23,608 nt of DNA from Gemmatimonadota bacterium (lineage in GTDB: Bacteria > Latescibacterota > UBA2968 > UBA8231). The position numbers and the translations under genes were made by a program. Under the pieces are notes generated by a model. It did not search any database and had not been told where the DNA came from. It saw only the letters and a list, made by a program, of their open reading frames with translations. The stretch is from NCBI GenBank assembly GCA_038128265.1, contig JAYPJE010000059.1:1-23608 (forward strand). Reading direction: 5' to 3'. Each line of letters opens with the position of its first letter. Position 1 is the stretch's first letter. Below, one piece after another: positions 6,719-15,937 of this stretch.

Positions 6719-7987
6719 GTGAAGACCAATGTCGTAGAAAAGGGCCAATGGGGCCGCGAACTGGAAGTCGAAATCGAAGCTGAGCGCGTAGAAAAGGAAA
6801 TCGGGCGCGCACTTCGCTCCTACCAGAAGCGCATTGAAATACCCGGCTTTCGCAAGGGCAAAGTGCCCATGCGCATCATCGAGTCGCGCTATGGCGCATC
6901 CATTCGCAGCGAAGTGATTAGCGATATGCTGCCGACCTTCCTACAGGAAGCCACGCACGAGGCGGGGCTGGTGCCTGCGGCACCACCGCAGATTTCTAAA
7001 CTCGACCACGAACCCGGCTCGGCTCTCGTCTTTACGGCAACGCTCGATATTTGGCCAGAAATTGAATTGGAGACGTACGAGAAACTAGAAATCACCCGCA
7101 TGGTGCATGAGGTGAGCGACGACGAGATCAACGAGCAGCTCAAAGAGCTGCAGAATCGCCAAGCGGCCGAGCGCGCCGTCGAACGCAGCCTGGAGAAGGG
7201 CGACGTGCTCATTGCCGACCTACAGCGCTTGGACGACGAGGGCCAACCCGTAGCCGACGAGAAATTCGACGAGCGCTATTTCCTGATCGGCGACGAGAAT
7301 GCTCCAAGCCCAGAGTTTGAAGAAGCGCTCGTCGGCATCAGCGCCGGCGAGGAGCGCAACGTCCAGTTTGCCTACCGGGACGACCTGCCCAACGAAGAGT
7401 TGGCCGGCAAGACCGAACACTTTGCGGTAAAAGCACGCGAGGTGCGCGAGCGCACACTCCCGGAGTTGGACGACGAGTTTGCCAAGGATATCGGCGAGCA
7501 GTTCCAGAGCTTAGACGATCTGCGCAACAACATAAAGGAGCAAATCGCCGGACGGTGGAACTACATGAGCCAACAGCGCGAACGCAGCGAACTGATAAAC
7601 CAGCTCATCGAAAAAAACCCCTTTGACGTGCCCGACAGCATGGTCGAAAACTATTTGCGCTCAATGCAGCGCAACGAGCACGATCACAACCATGATCACG
7701 ATCACGACCACGACCACGATCACGAACCCAGCGACGAAGAGCGCGAGAATGCCGTGCGCCGCCTCAAGAGCTACCTGCTGACCGAGGCCGTGCGCAAAAA
7801 GGCGGAAATTGCCGTAGAGGACGAGGAATTCGAGTCCTATTTGGCGGAGCGGGCCGCCGGGGCCGGCGTCAAAGTCGATGATGTGAAGCGCAGCGGGCGC
7901 GCCGACGATTTGCGCCGCGAGCTCGAAGAGGACAAAGTCTTTGCGCTGCTGAGCGAAAAAGCGGTAATCAAAGAAGAAAACGTGTAG
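6719..7987 (+). CDS. tig: Trigger factor (ribosome-associated chaperone/PPIase) with His-rich insertion
   Basis: [10 protein letters not shown] ribosome-binding motif, FKBP-like central domain, [10 protein letters not shown]. Lies between tRNA-Leu and clpP. Confidence 0.95.
   Translation: MKTNVVEKGQWGRELEVEIEAERVEKEIGRALRSYQKRIEIPGFRKGKVPMRIIESRYGASIRSEVISDMLPTFLQEATHEAGLVPAAPPQISKLDHEPGSALVFTATLDIWPEIELETYEKLEITRMVHEVSDDEINEQLKELQNRQAAERAVERSLEKGDVLIADLQRLDDEGQPVADEKFDERYFLIGDENAPSPEFEEALVGISAGEERNVQFAYRDDLPNEELAGKTEHFAVKAREVRERTLPELDDEFAKDIGEQFQSLDDLRNNIKEQIAGRWNYMSQQRERSELINQLIEKNPFDVPDSMVENYLRSMQRNEHDHNHDHDHDHDHDHEPSDEERENAVRRLKSYLLTEAVRKKAEIAVEDEEFESYLAERAAGAGVKVDDVKRSGRADDLRRELEEDKVFALLSEKAVIKEENV
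7679..7723 (+). repeat. Degenerate hexanucleotide repeat encoding [15 protein letters not shown] inside tig
   Basis: cacgat cacaac catgat cacgat cacgac cacgac cacgat cac gives 8 His in 15 residues. Confidence 0.9.
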
Positions 7988-8013
7988 CGGAACAAACGGA
8001 AAGAAGGAGCGAA

Positions 8014-8625
8014 ATGTCTCTCATACCGATGGTGATAGAGCAGACGGGGCGCGGCGAGCGTTCGTACGATATCTACTCGCGCCTGCTCAAGGATCGCATC
8101 ATTTTTGTCGGCACGCCCATAAACGATCAGATAGCCAACCTGATCATCGCCCAGATGCTGTTCCTAGCTTCGGAAGACCCCAAAAAGGACATTGCGCTCT
8201 ACCTAAATACCCCCGGTGGTCTGGTCACGGCCGGCATGGCGATATACGACACGATGCAGTACATCGCAGCCGAAGTCGCCACCATATGCATTGGACAGGC
8301 TTCGAGCATGGGGGCCGTTTTGCTAGCCGGGGGAGCCAAGGGCAAGCGCCAGGCGCTGCCCAACGCGCGCGTGATGCTGCATCAGCCCATGGGCGGTATC
8401 ACCGGACAGGCTGCCGATATGGAAATACACGCGCGTGAAATCATCAAGATGCGCGAGCAGATTAACGAAATTCTCGTCGACTGCACGGGACAGCCGCTCG
8501 AGCACATAGCGCGCGACACGGAGCGCGACTTTTTTATGACGGCCGAGCAGGCTGTACAGTACGGCATCATCGACGAGATCATCGCGCCTTCCAGCGTCGC
8601 ATCGCCTGCTGAAGTCAGCAGCTGA
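8014..8625 (+). CDS. clpP: ATP-dependent Clp protease proteolytic subunit
   Basis: [28 protein letters not shown] (Ser), MLHQP (His), DTERD (Asp). AAGGAG RBS. Confidence 0.97.
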   Translation: MSLIPMVIEQTGRGERSYDIYSRLLKDRIIFVGTPINDQIANLIIAQMLFLASEDPKKDIALYLNTPGGLVTAGMAIYDTMQYIAAEVATICIGQASSMGAVLLAGGAKGKRQALPNARVMLHQPMGGITGQAADMEIHAREIIKMREQINEILVDCTGQPLEHIARDTERDFFMTAEQAVQYGIIDEIIAPSSVASPAEVSS

Positions 8626-8654
8626 TTAACACCCTCTTCTGAGGAGTATGTTCC

Positions 8655-9908
8655 TTGCGTAGACGGCCGACCAAAGGCGATCCGCGCTGCTCTTTTTGCG
8701 GACGCAGCCACAACCAGGTAGAAAAAATCATTACCGGTCCTTCGGTGCACATATGCAACGAGTGCGTCAAGCTGTGCAACGAAGTGCTGGCCGAAGAAAA
8801 AAAGCAAACCCTACCCTGGGAGACCGGCGACATTCCCAAGCCGACGCAGATAAAAGATTTTCTCGACGAATACGTAATTGCCCAAGAACGCGCTAAGAAA
8901 ATTTTGTCGGTTGCCGTCTACAATCACTACAAGCGCATTCGCAGCAACGTCGACCTAGACGACGTCGAGTTGGACAAGAGCAACGTCATGCTCATCGGAC
9001 CAACCGGAACGGGTAAGACCGAATTGGCCAAGACCTTGGCCAAAATTCTACAGGTGCCCTTTTCCATCGCCGACGCAACTATTCTGACCGAGGCCGGCTA
9101 TGTAGGCGAAGACGTCGAAAATATTTTGGTTGGCCTGCTACAGGCCTCCGACTACGACGTCGCACGGGCGGAAAAGGGAATCCTCTACCTGGATGAGGTC
9201 GACAAAGTAGCCCGCAAAAGCGCGGCACCGGCGGTTAGCAGAGATGTCTCCGGTGAGGGCGTGCAGCAGGCGCTGCTAAAAATTCTCGAGGGCACCACGG
9301 CAAATATTCCACCCAAAGGCGGCCGCAAACACCCAGAACAGCCCATGATCCAAATGAACACGCGCAACATTCTCTTTATTTGCGGTGGTGCGTTTGAAGG
9401 GCTCGACAAAGTAATAAGCCAGCGCGTAGGCGAGCGCACGATGGGTTTTGGCGCATCCGTCGAGGAACGCGTCGAAGACGATGCCAGCGAGTTGCTAGCC
9501 AAGGTGCAGCCCGAAGACCTGCTGGCCTACGGCATGATTCCCGAGTTCGTCGGCCGCGTGCCGGTTATCACGACAATGGACTCGCTGGGCGAAGACGACT
9601 TGCTGCGCATTTTGACCGAACCGCGCGATGCCATTATCAAGCAGTCCAAACGACTATTCGAAATGGACGGCATCGAGGTAGAATTCACCGAGGAGGCCCT
9701 GCGCAAAGTCGTCGCTCTGACCGTGAGCAAGGGAACGGGCGCGCGCGGTTTGCGCTCTGTGTTGGAACAGGCAATGATGGACATCATGTACGACCTGCCT
9801 TCACAAGCCGACGTGAAATCGCTACAGATCACCGCCGAGATGATAGAAAAGGGCATCGACCGGTTCGACCACGAAGACGACGAGGAGATGCAGCGCAAGC
9901 GCGCTTGA
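8655..9908 (+). CDS. clpX: ATP-dependent Clp protease ATP-binding subunit ClpX
   Basis: C4 zinc finger [50 protein letters not shown] loop, GARGLR. TTG start 8 nt after GAGGAG. Confidence 0.97.
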   Translation: MRRRPTKGDPRCSFCGRSHNQVEKIITGPSVHICNECVKLCNEVLAEEKKQTLPWETGDIPKPTQIKDFLDEYVIAQERAKKILSVAVYNHYKRIRSNVDLDDVELDKSNVMLIGPTGTGKTELAKTLAKILQVPFSIADATILTEAGYVGEDVENILVGLLQASDYDVARAEKGILYLDEVDKVARKSAAPAVSRDVSGEGVQQALLKILEGTTANIPPKGGRKHPEQPMIQMNTRNILFICGGAFEGLDKVISQRVGERTMGFGASVEERVEDDASELLAKVQPEDLLAYGMIPEFVGRVPVITTMDSLGEDDLLRILTEPRDAIIKQSKRLFEMDGIEVEFTEEALRKVVALTVSKGTGARGLRSVLEQAMMDIMYDLPSQADVKSLQITAEMIEKGIDRFDHEDDEEMQRKRA

Positions 9909-9916
9909 GTTGTGCA

Positions 9917-10504
9917 ATGCAGTTTCGCTCTGCTGAATTCTCGATTGGTGCCGTGCGCGCGGCCGACCTGCCCACCGATGGCCAACCGGAAATCGCTTTT
10001 TCCGGTCGCTCAAACGTAGGTAAGTCTTCGCTGATTAACCGCCTGCTGCAGCGCAAAAAACTGGCGCGTACCTCGTCGACTCCCGGCAAGACCCAGCAGT
10101 TGAACTACTACTGGATTAACGGGGCGTTCTACTTTGTCGATCTCCCCGGTTATGGCTTTGTGCGCGGCGGCGTTGGCCTGCGCGAGAAGCTGGGCAAAAT
10201 CGTTACGAGCTACGTCGACCAGCGCGAGCCGCTGCGCGCCGTCCTGCAGTTGATCGATATGCGCCACGGTCCCACCGACCTAGACCGCATGATGATCGAC
10301 TGGCTAAAAGAATTGGAAAAGCCGTTTTTGCTCGTCTTTACCAAAGCCGACAAGCTGTCGCGCAACAAGCAAAAACAGCTCTTTGACCGGTTGGAGTCCG
10401 AGGGGACGCTTGCCGGTATTTCTTTTGTTTCCTTCTCCGCGTTGAGCGGGGAGGGGCGTACTGATGTACTTGAGTGGATAGAGCAGATACTGGAAGAACA
10501 TTGA
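9917..10504 (+). CDS. engB: Ribosome biogenesis GTP-binding protein EngB/YihA/YsxC
   Basis: GRSNVGKSSLIN, TSSTPGKT, VDLPGYG, TKADKL, FSA. ATG 9917 chosen; TTG 9905 is also possible. Confidence 0.95.
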   Translation: MQFRSAEFSIGAVRAADLPTDGQPEIAFSGRSNVGKSSLINRLLQRKKLARTSSTPGKTQQLNYYWINGAFYFVDLPGYGFVRGGVGLREKLGKIVTSYVDQREPLRAVLQLIDMRHGPTDLDRMMIDWLKELEKPFLLVFTKADKLSRNKQKQLFDRLESEGTLAGISFVSFSALSGEGRTDVLEWIEQILEEH

Positions 10505-10529
10505 GTCTACAAGGCAGAGGACGTTGCAC

Positions 10530-12107
10530 GTGAAGGTACTGATAAGCGATAAAATGGACGCGCGCTGCGTGGAAATCCTGCGCGAGAACACCGGCATAGA
10601 GGTCGATGTCAATACCGGGTTAGATGAATCGGCCCTAATCGATATAATTGGCGAATACGATGCGCTGATCGTGCGCAGCGGCACCCAGGTAACGGCTGCC
10701 GTTTTAGAAGCGGCCAAAAAGATGAAAGTCGTTGGGCGTGCGGGCGCGGGCGTCGACAATATCGACGTGGCGGCGGCCACGCGCTGCGGCGTCATTGTCA
10801 TGAACACCCCGGGCGGTAATTCCGTATCGACGGCCGAGCACTCCTTTGCCATGATCATGGCGCTGGCGCGCAATATTCCGCAGGGCACGGCGTCGCTCAA
10901 GGAGGGCCGCTGGGATCGCAGCAAACTCACCGGCGTCGAGCTTCGCGGCAAATCCATTGGCATTCTCGGCTTGGGCAAGGTCGGTAGCGAAGTCGCCCTG
11001 CGCGCAAACGCCTTCGGCATGAAGGTGCTGGGCTACGACCCCGTCGTATCCAGTGAATTTGCCGAGACGCTGGGCGCCCAACTGGCCGAACCGGACGAGA
11101 TCTACGCCGCTGCCGACTTTATCACCGTGCACCTGCCGCTGATCGAGCAGACGCGCCACATGATATCGGATGCGCAGATGGCCTCTTGCAAAAAGGGCGT
11201 CTATCTGATCAACTGCGCGCGCGGTGGCATCATCGACGAGGCCGCCCTGCTGCGCAACCTACAGTCGGGACAGGTGGCGGGGGCCGCGCTCGACGTGTTT
11301 GAAGAGGAGCCGCCGACCTGCTCCGAACTACTAGCACACGAACGCGTCGTCAGCACGCCGCACTTAGGCGCCTCGACCGTAGAAGCGCAAGAGAGCGTGG
11401 CACTGCAGGTGGCTGCCCAAGTCGGCGACGTGCTGATGGGGCGCGTTATTCGCAACGCGATCAACGCGCCCTCTGTCGAGCCCGAAATATACGCCCGGAT
11501 GCGGCCCTACTTAGAGCTGGCTGAACGCCTTGGCAAACTGCAAGTCCAGCTGAGCGAAGGCCGTTTAGAGCGCGTCACCGTCGAGTACCACGGCGACGTT
11601 ACCTATCCCACATCGGTGATGACATCGGCCGTTTTGCAGGGCATTATGTCGAGCGTTACGGGACAGCCCGTCAACGCCGTCAACGCGCCCGTTTTGGCCC
11701 AGGAGCGCGGCGTGCGCGTCGACGAACTGCGCAGCAGCGAGCACGAAGACTACGCCGCGCTGATCACCGTCGTATACCAGACGGACAAGGAGCGCCGCCT
11801 GCTGGCCGGAACGCTCTTCGGTAAGAGCGACCCGCGCCTAGTGCGCTTTGACGAATACACCTTTGACGCCGTGCCGCAGGGCGACATGCTGTTTTACGTC
11901 AATAAAGACATTCCCGGCATTATCGGGCACATTGGCACAGCGATGGGCAATCACGACGTCAACATAGCGCAGATGTCCTGCGGACGTCACCAAATCGGTG
12001 GCAGCGCACTGACTATTCTCAACGTAGACGGTCCCATCCCCCAGGCAGTACTCGACGACGTGCGCTCGCGCGACTACATTTCCTGGGCCAAAAGCGCCAG
12101 CCTCTAA
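10530..12107 (+). CDS. serA: D-3-phosphoglycerate dehydrogenase (long type with ASB and ACT domains)
   Basis: GRAGAGVDNID, NTPGGN, GLGKVG, NCARGG, TPHLGASTVEAQ and C-terminal NKDIPGIIG..VNIA ACT domain. GTG 10530 with GAGGA 8 nt upstream preferred over TTG 10524. Confidence 0.94.
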   Translation: MKVLISDKMDARCVEILRENTGIEVDVNTGLDESALIDIIGEYDALIVRSGTQVTAAVLEAAKKMKVVGRAGAGVDNIDVAAATRCGVIVMNTPGGNSVSTAEHSFAMIMALARNIPQGTASLKEGRWDRSKLTGVELRGKSIGILGLGKVGSEVALRANAFGMKVLGYDPVVSSEFAETLGAQLAEPDEIYAAADFITVHLPLIEQTRHMISDAQMASCKKGVYLINCARGGIIDEAALLRNLQSGQVAGAALDVFEEEPPTCSELLAHERVVSTPHLGASTVEAQESVALQVAAQVGDVLMGRVIRNAINAPSVEPEIYARMRPYLELAERLGKLQVQLSEGRLERVTVEYHGDVTYPTSVMTSAVLQGIMSSVTGQPVNAVNAPVLAQERGVRVDELRSSEHEDYAALITVVYQTDKERRLLAGTLFGKSDPRLVRFDEYTFDAVPQGDMLFYVNKDIPGIIGHIGTAMGNHDVNIAQMSCGRHQIGGSALTILNVDGPIPQAVLDDVRSRDYISWAKSASL

Positions 12108-12118
12108 AGGAATACATT

Positions 12119-13399
12119 ATGCCAACAAAAATTGCATTGGGCGCCCAGTGGGGCGATGAGGGCAAAGCCAAAGTCGTCGACTATTTGACGCTAGAAGCCG
12201 ATATCGTAGTTCGCTATCAGGGGGGAGCCAACGCCGGTCATACGGTTAAGGTGGGCGATATGGAATTCGTCTTCCACATGATTCCCTCCGGCATCATGCA
12301 CGAGGACAAAGCCTGCGTCGTCGGCAACGGCGTCGTCGTCGACCCAGAGGCGCTGTTGGGCGAAATAGAAGACCTGCGCGAAAAAGGGTTTTCCTGTGCC
12401 GGACGACTGTTTATCAGTCAGAGCGCACATCTGGTGATGCCCTACCACAAGGCGCTCGACAGGGCGGGCGAAGAGAGCAAGAGCGGCGTCACCATCGGCA
12501 CGACCGGGCGCGGTATCGGACCGGCCTATCGCGACAAGGTCGAGCGCACGTTCGGCGTGCGCGTTATGGACCTACTCGAGACGCAGACGCTGGGCGACAA
12601 GCTGCGCGCAGCTATTCGCGCCAAAAACGAAATCCTAACCAAAATCTACGACGTAGAAGCGCTGGACGAGGACACGATAATCGATGAATACACGTCCTAT
12701 GGCGAGCGCATGCGTCCCTATGTGCGGGATATTTCCCTCTACCTAAACGAAGAAATCGACAAGGGCCGCAACGTCCTATTTGAAGGTGCACAGGGCACAT
12801 TGCTCGACGTCGATCACGGCACCTATCCCTATGTCACCTCTTCCAATACCACAGCCGGCGCTGCGTGCACCGGCAGCGGCGTTGGACCCACGCGCATTGA
12901 CGAGGTCATCGGCGTGACCAAGGCCTACACCACGCGCGTGGGCAACGGTCCCTTTCCCACCGAAATGCTGGGAGCCGAGGGCGATCACCTGCGCACATTG
13001 GGCAACGAATTCGGCGCGACGACGGGACGCCCGCGGCGCTGCGGCTGGTTTGATGCACCCATCGTGCGCACGGCAACTCGTCTTAACGGCCTAACCAGCA
13101 TCGCCCTAACGCGGCTGGACACCCTCGATACGATGGAACACTTGAAGGTCTGCACGTCCTATCGCTGCGATGGAGAAATTCTCGAGCAATTTCCCTCCGA
13201 CCCACGCGTGCTGGAAAAGTGCGAGCCTATCTATGAAGAATTCGAGGGCTGGCAAGAGGCCACGCACGAAGTGCGCCGCTACGAAGATCTGCCGGCCAAA
13301 GCGCGCGCCTATGTCGACCGCATCGCCGAGCTGAGCCGCGCGCCTGCCTCGCTTATTTCCGTCGGCCCCGAGCGCGACGCGACCATCGAAATCCGCTAA
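12119..13399 (+). CDS. purA: Adenylosuccinate synthetase
   Basis: QWGDEGKAK, QGGANAGHT, IGTTGRGIGPAY, FEGAQG, GTYPYVTSS, TTRVGNGPFPTE, GATTGRPRRCGW. Confidence 0.97.
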   Translation: MPTKIALGAQWGDEGKAKVVDYLTLEADIVVRYQGGANAGHTVKVGDMEFVFHMIPSGIMHEDKACVVGNGVVVDPEALLGEIEDLREKGFSCAGRLFISQSAHLVMPYHKALDRAGEESKSGVTIGTTGRGIGPAYRDKVERTFGVRVMDLLETQTLGDKLRAAIRAKNEILTKIYDVEALDEDTIIDEYTSYGERMRPYVRDISLYLNEEIDKGRNVLFEGAQGTLLDVDHGTYPYVTSSNTTAGAACTGSGVGPTRIDEVIGVTKAYTTRVGNGPFPTEMLGAEGDHLRTLGNEFGATTGRPRRCGWFDAPIVRTATRLNGLTSIALTRLDTLDTMEHLKVCTSYRCDGEILEQFPSDPRVLEKCEPIYEEFEGWQEATHEVRRYEDLPAKARAYVDRIAELSRAPASLISVGPERDATIEIR

Positions 13400-13412
13400 C
13401 TAACCGCCTATC

Positions 13413-13463
13413 ACGGCGCGCGGTGGCACGGGAAAGAGCCCGTAGCACTGCGCGTCGTTTGTT
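13413..13463 (+). terminator. Long hairpin terminator after purA
   Basis: ACGGCGCGCGGTG/CACTGCGCGTCGT (13 bp, 2 G-U) plus inner ACGGG/CCCGT, followed by TTGTT. G-U pairs work only on the + strand. Confidence 0.65.
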
Positions 13464-13475
13464 ACTACGTCCCGC

Positions 13476-14018
13476 TCACACAGACCGCAATTGTCCGCGC
13501 AGCCACCTGCGACAGCGCAGCAGAAATTCTTGTACATCGGCGCGCTGATAGTCGAGATACGTCCACGGCTGCGGCCGATACGCCCCCTTTTGATATAGCA
13601 GCGTCGTTTCGGCCCAGATACCTGGCCCAATGCAAATTCGATGGGGGACGCACTTACTGGTGCTGAGCACCAAGCTACCCAACGAGAGCAGTCCGGGGTC
13701 TATATTGGCCCTTCGGCGCAGCGCTCCCTGCTCCTCATGTGCCAACACTTTTTCGATTTCGACCACATCCAATTTGCACTCGTACAGGTCTTCAGGAGGG
13801 ACCAAACGAGAAAAGCACACTAGCTGTTTGTGCAGCCCCTCACCCATTTCGGGTGCATAGTATCCAGCGGCATCGGCCGCGTAGATTGCACTCTCTTCGA
13901 CGGTATCGCCAAAGCGGTCACACAGGGCCTCTACCGAGCGGCGATATACGGCGTTATCACCCGTTGTAAGCGCACATACCAGCGCCGAGTGCACGCCCTT
14001 TTTTAAGTCGACGGGCAT
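13476..14018 (-). CDS. DUF4416 family protein
   Basis: YYxxEMG, RRANIDPG, LSTSK..HRI, PWTYLDY motifs as I recall them for DUF4416. Confidence 0.8.
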   Translation of the reverse strand: MPVDLKKGVHSALVCALTTGDNAVYRRSVEALCDRFGDTVEESAIYAADAAGYYAPEMGEGLHKQLVCFSRLVPPEDLYECKLDVVEIEKVLAHEEQGALRRRANIDPGLLSLGSLVLSTSKCVPHRICIGPGIWAETTLLYQKGAYRPQPWTYLDYQRADVQEFLLRCRRWLRGQLRSV

Positions 14019-14080
14019 CGCAAAAAAGAGTGGACTAGGCAGATTTTACACAAGCGTTGCAGCACATCTCGCCGTTCTGG

Positions 14081-14110
14081 TTGACAGGTATATCCGCCGC
14101 GGCGTACCCT
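14081..14110 (+). promoter_or_regulatory. Putative sigma70-type promoter for the PLP enzyme/RraA pair
   Basis: TTGACA (14081-14086), 18-nt spacer, TACCCT (14105-14110), then AAAGGA RBS before ATG 14136. Confidence 0.55.
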
Positions 14111-14135
14111 ATGGCTCGGCAGAAAGGACATCGCA

Positions 14136-15191
14136 ATGCACATAGAAGAACTCGATACGCCCGCGCTGATCGTGGACTTGGATTTTCTAGAAGATAACCT
14201 CGACCGCTACCAGAGCTACTTTGACCAGCACGGCATCGGCCTGCGACCCCATATCAAAACGCATAAGTGCGTGGCCATCGCCCACATGCAGATGCGCCGC
14301 GGAGCCATTGGCATCACATGCCAGAAGCTCGGGGAAGCGGAGATCATGGCCGCCGGCGGCGTCGACGGCGATATCTTAATTCCCTTCAACATTATGGGCC
14401 GGCAGAAATTGGAACGCCTAACGGCCTTAGCGCGCCGCACACGCCTGACCGTAGCGGCCGATTCGCACTACACGGTCGATGGACTGTCGACGGCAGCGGT
14501 GGGACGTGATGTCGAAGTCGGCGTCGTCATCGAACTCGATCAGGGACGCACAGGCGTGGCCAGCGCAGAGGACGCCGTTGAGTTGGGCAAGGCGGTCGAT
14601 GCAGCCCCAGGGCTGGTCCTGCGCGGCGTCATGGTGATGCCTGCTCCGCCCAGCGTGCGACCCTTTCTGTGCGAAGTGCTCGATGCCTTCGACAAAGCGG
14701 GTCTGCCCCATCCCATCGTCAGCGGCGGCAGCACGCCGAGCGCGTTTACCGCACACGAGATTCCCGAACTGACGGAGTTTCGCGCGGGAGAATATCCCGT
14801 CGGCGGGGTCAAACACCTGGAGTTGGGCACGCACACGGTTGACCAGTGCGCCGGACGCGTATTGGCCACCGTCGTCAGCCGCCCCAACGAAGATCGCGCC
14901 ATCATCGACGCTGGCAGTAAATCGCTGAGCGCTGCCACGGCCAGCTTTCACGGCCAAGTCGTCATGGGCTACGTCGTCGAGTACCCGCAGGCACGCCTGA
15001 GCGGCGCATCGGAAGAACACGGCCAGATTGATTTAAGCGCCTGCGAGCAAAAGCCGCAAATAGGCGAACGCGTGCAGGTCGTGCTGGCCCATCCGTGTCC
15101 CTGCTTTAACGAACACGACGAAATTTACGCACTCCGCAGTGGACGCGTCGAAGCTGTTTGGCCCGTCGATGCGCGCGGTGCGATTCGCTAA
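14136..15191 (+). CDS. Fold-type III PLP enzyme, DSD1/D-threonine aldolase-like family
   Basis: LDTPALIVDLD, LRPHIKTHK (PLP Lys), SGGSTP, IIDAGSK, SEEHG and an HPC metal-ligand motif. Confidence 0.88.
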   Translation: MHIEELDTPALIVDLDFLEDNLDRYQSYFDQHGIGLRPHIKTHKCVAIAHMQMRRGAIGITCQKLGEAEIMAAGGVDGDILIPFNIMGRQKLERLTALARRTRLTVAADSHYTVDGLSTAAVGRDVEVGVVIELDQGRTGVASAEDAVELGKAVDAAPGLVLRGVMVMPAPPSVRPFLCEVLDAFDKAGLPHPIVSGGSTPSAFTAHEIPELTEFRAGEYPVGGVKHLELGTHTVDQCAGRVLATVVSRPNEDRAIIDAGSKSLSAATASFHGQVVMGYVVEYPQARLSGASEEHGQIDLSACEQKPQIGERVQVVLAHPCPCFNEHDEIYALRSGRVEAVWPVDARGAIR

Positions 15192-15212
15192 ATTGAATTG
15201 GGAGAAATACGC

Positions 15213-15929
15213 ATGGCAGTAGAAGTATCAGCAGAAGTGTGCGAAAAACTCAAGCGCGCGAGCACGGCCACGCTGACGTCGGTCCTGCGCTCGCACGGAC
15301 TAAAAAATACCTTTATGCACGGCGTAGCTCCGCTGGGACCGGGCATGCATATGGCGGGCCCGGCGTTTACGCTGCGCTACATTCCGGCGCGCGAAGACCT
15401 AGACGAAGTGCCGTTGGACAACCTGAAAGACGTGCAGCGCGTAGGCATCGAAAGAGTGCAACCCGGAGCCGTATTCGTCATTGATGCGCGCGGACAGACG
15501 AGCGCGGGAACCATGGGCTCGATCCTCGCCAAGCGCCTACAGGTGCGCGGAGCGGTGGGCATCGTGACGGACGGCGCCTATCGCGACACGCCGACCATCG
15601 TCAGCAGCGGGCTGGCAGCCTATGCAGCAGCGATGAACGCCCATACCAACAAGACCATTCACCATCCCAGCGAGATTCAGGTAGCCATATCGTGCGGTGA
15701 AGTCGCTGTCTTTCCCGGAGACATCGTCGTCGGCGATGAAGAGGGAGTCGTCGTCGTGCCGGCCCACCTAGCCGCAGACGTCGCCGACGCGGCGGCGGAG
15801 ATGGAACTCAAAGAGGAATTCCTGCTGGAAAAGATCAGCGCCGGAGCCAGCATTGTCGGCACCTACCCGCCCGACGAGGCCACGTTGGCCGAATATGCCG
15901 CGTGGAAAGCAAAGCGCCCGAACGACTGA
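15213..15929 (+). CDS. RraA/HMG-aldolase family protein
   Basis: STATLT, GPAFTLRYIPARED, IVTDGAYRD, VFPGDIVVGDEEGVVVVP. ATG 15213 with GGAG 8 nt upstream. Confidence 0.85.
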   Translation: MAVEVSAEVCEKLKRASTATLTSVLRSHGLKNTFMHGVAPLGPGMHMAGPAFTLRYIPAREDLDEVPLDNLKDVQRVGIERVQPGAVFVIDARGQTSAGTMGSILAKRLQVRGAVGIVTDGAYRDTPTIVSSGLAAYAAAMNAHTNKTIHHPSEIQVAISCGEVAVFPGDIVVGDEEGVVVVPAHLAADVADAAAEMELKEEFLLEKISAGASIVGTYPPDEATLAEYAAWKAKRPND

Positions 15930-15937
15930 ACGCCGGA

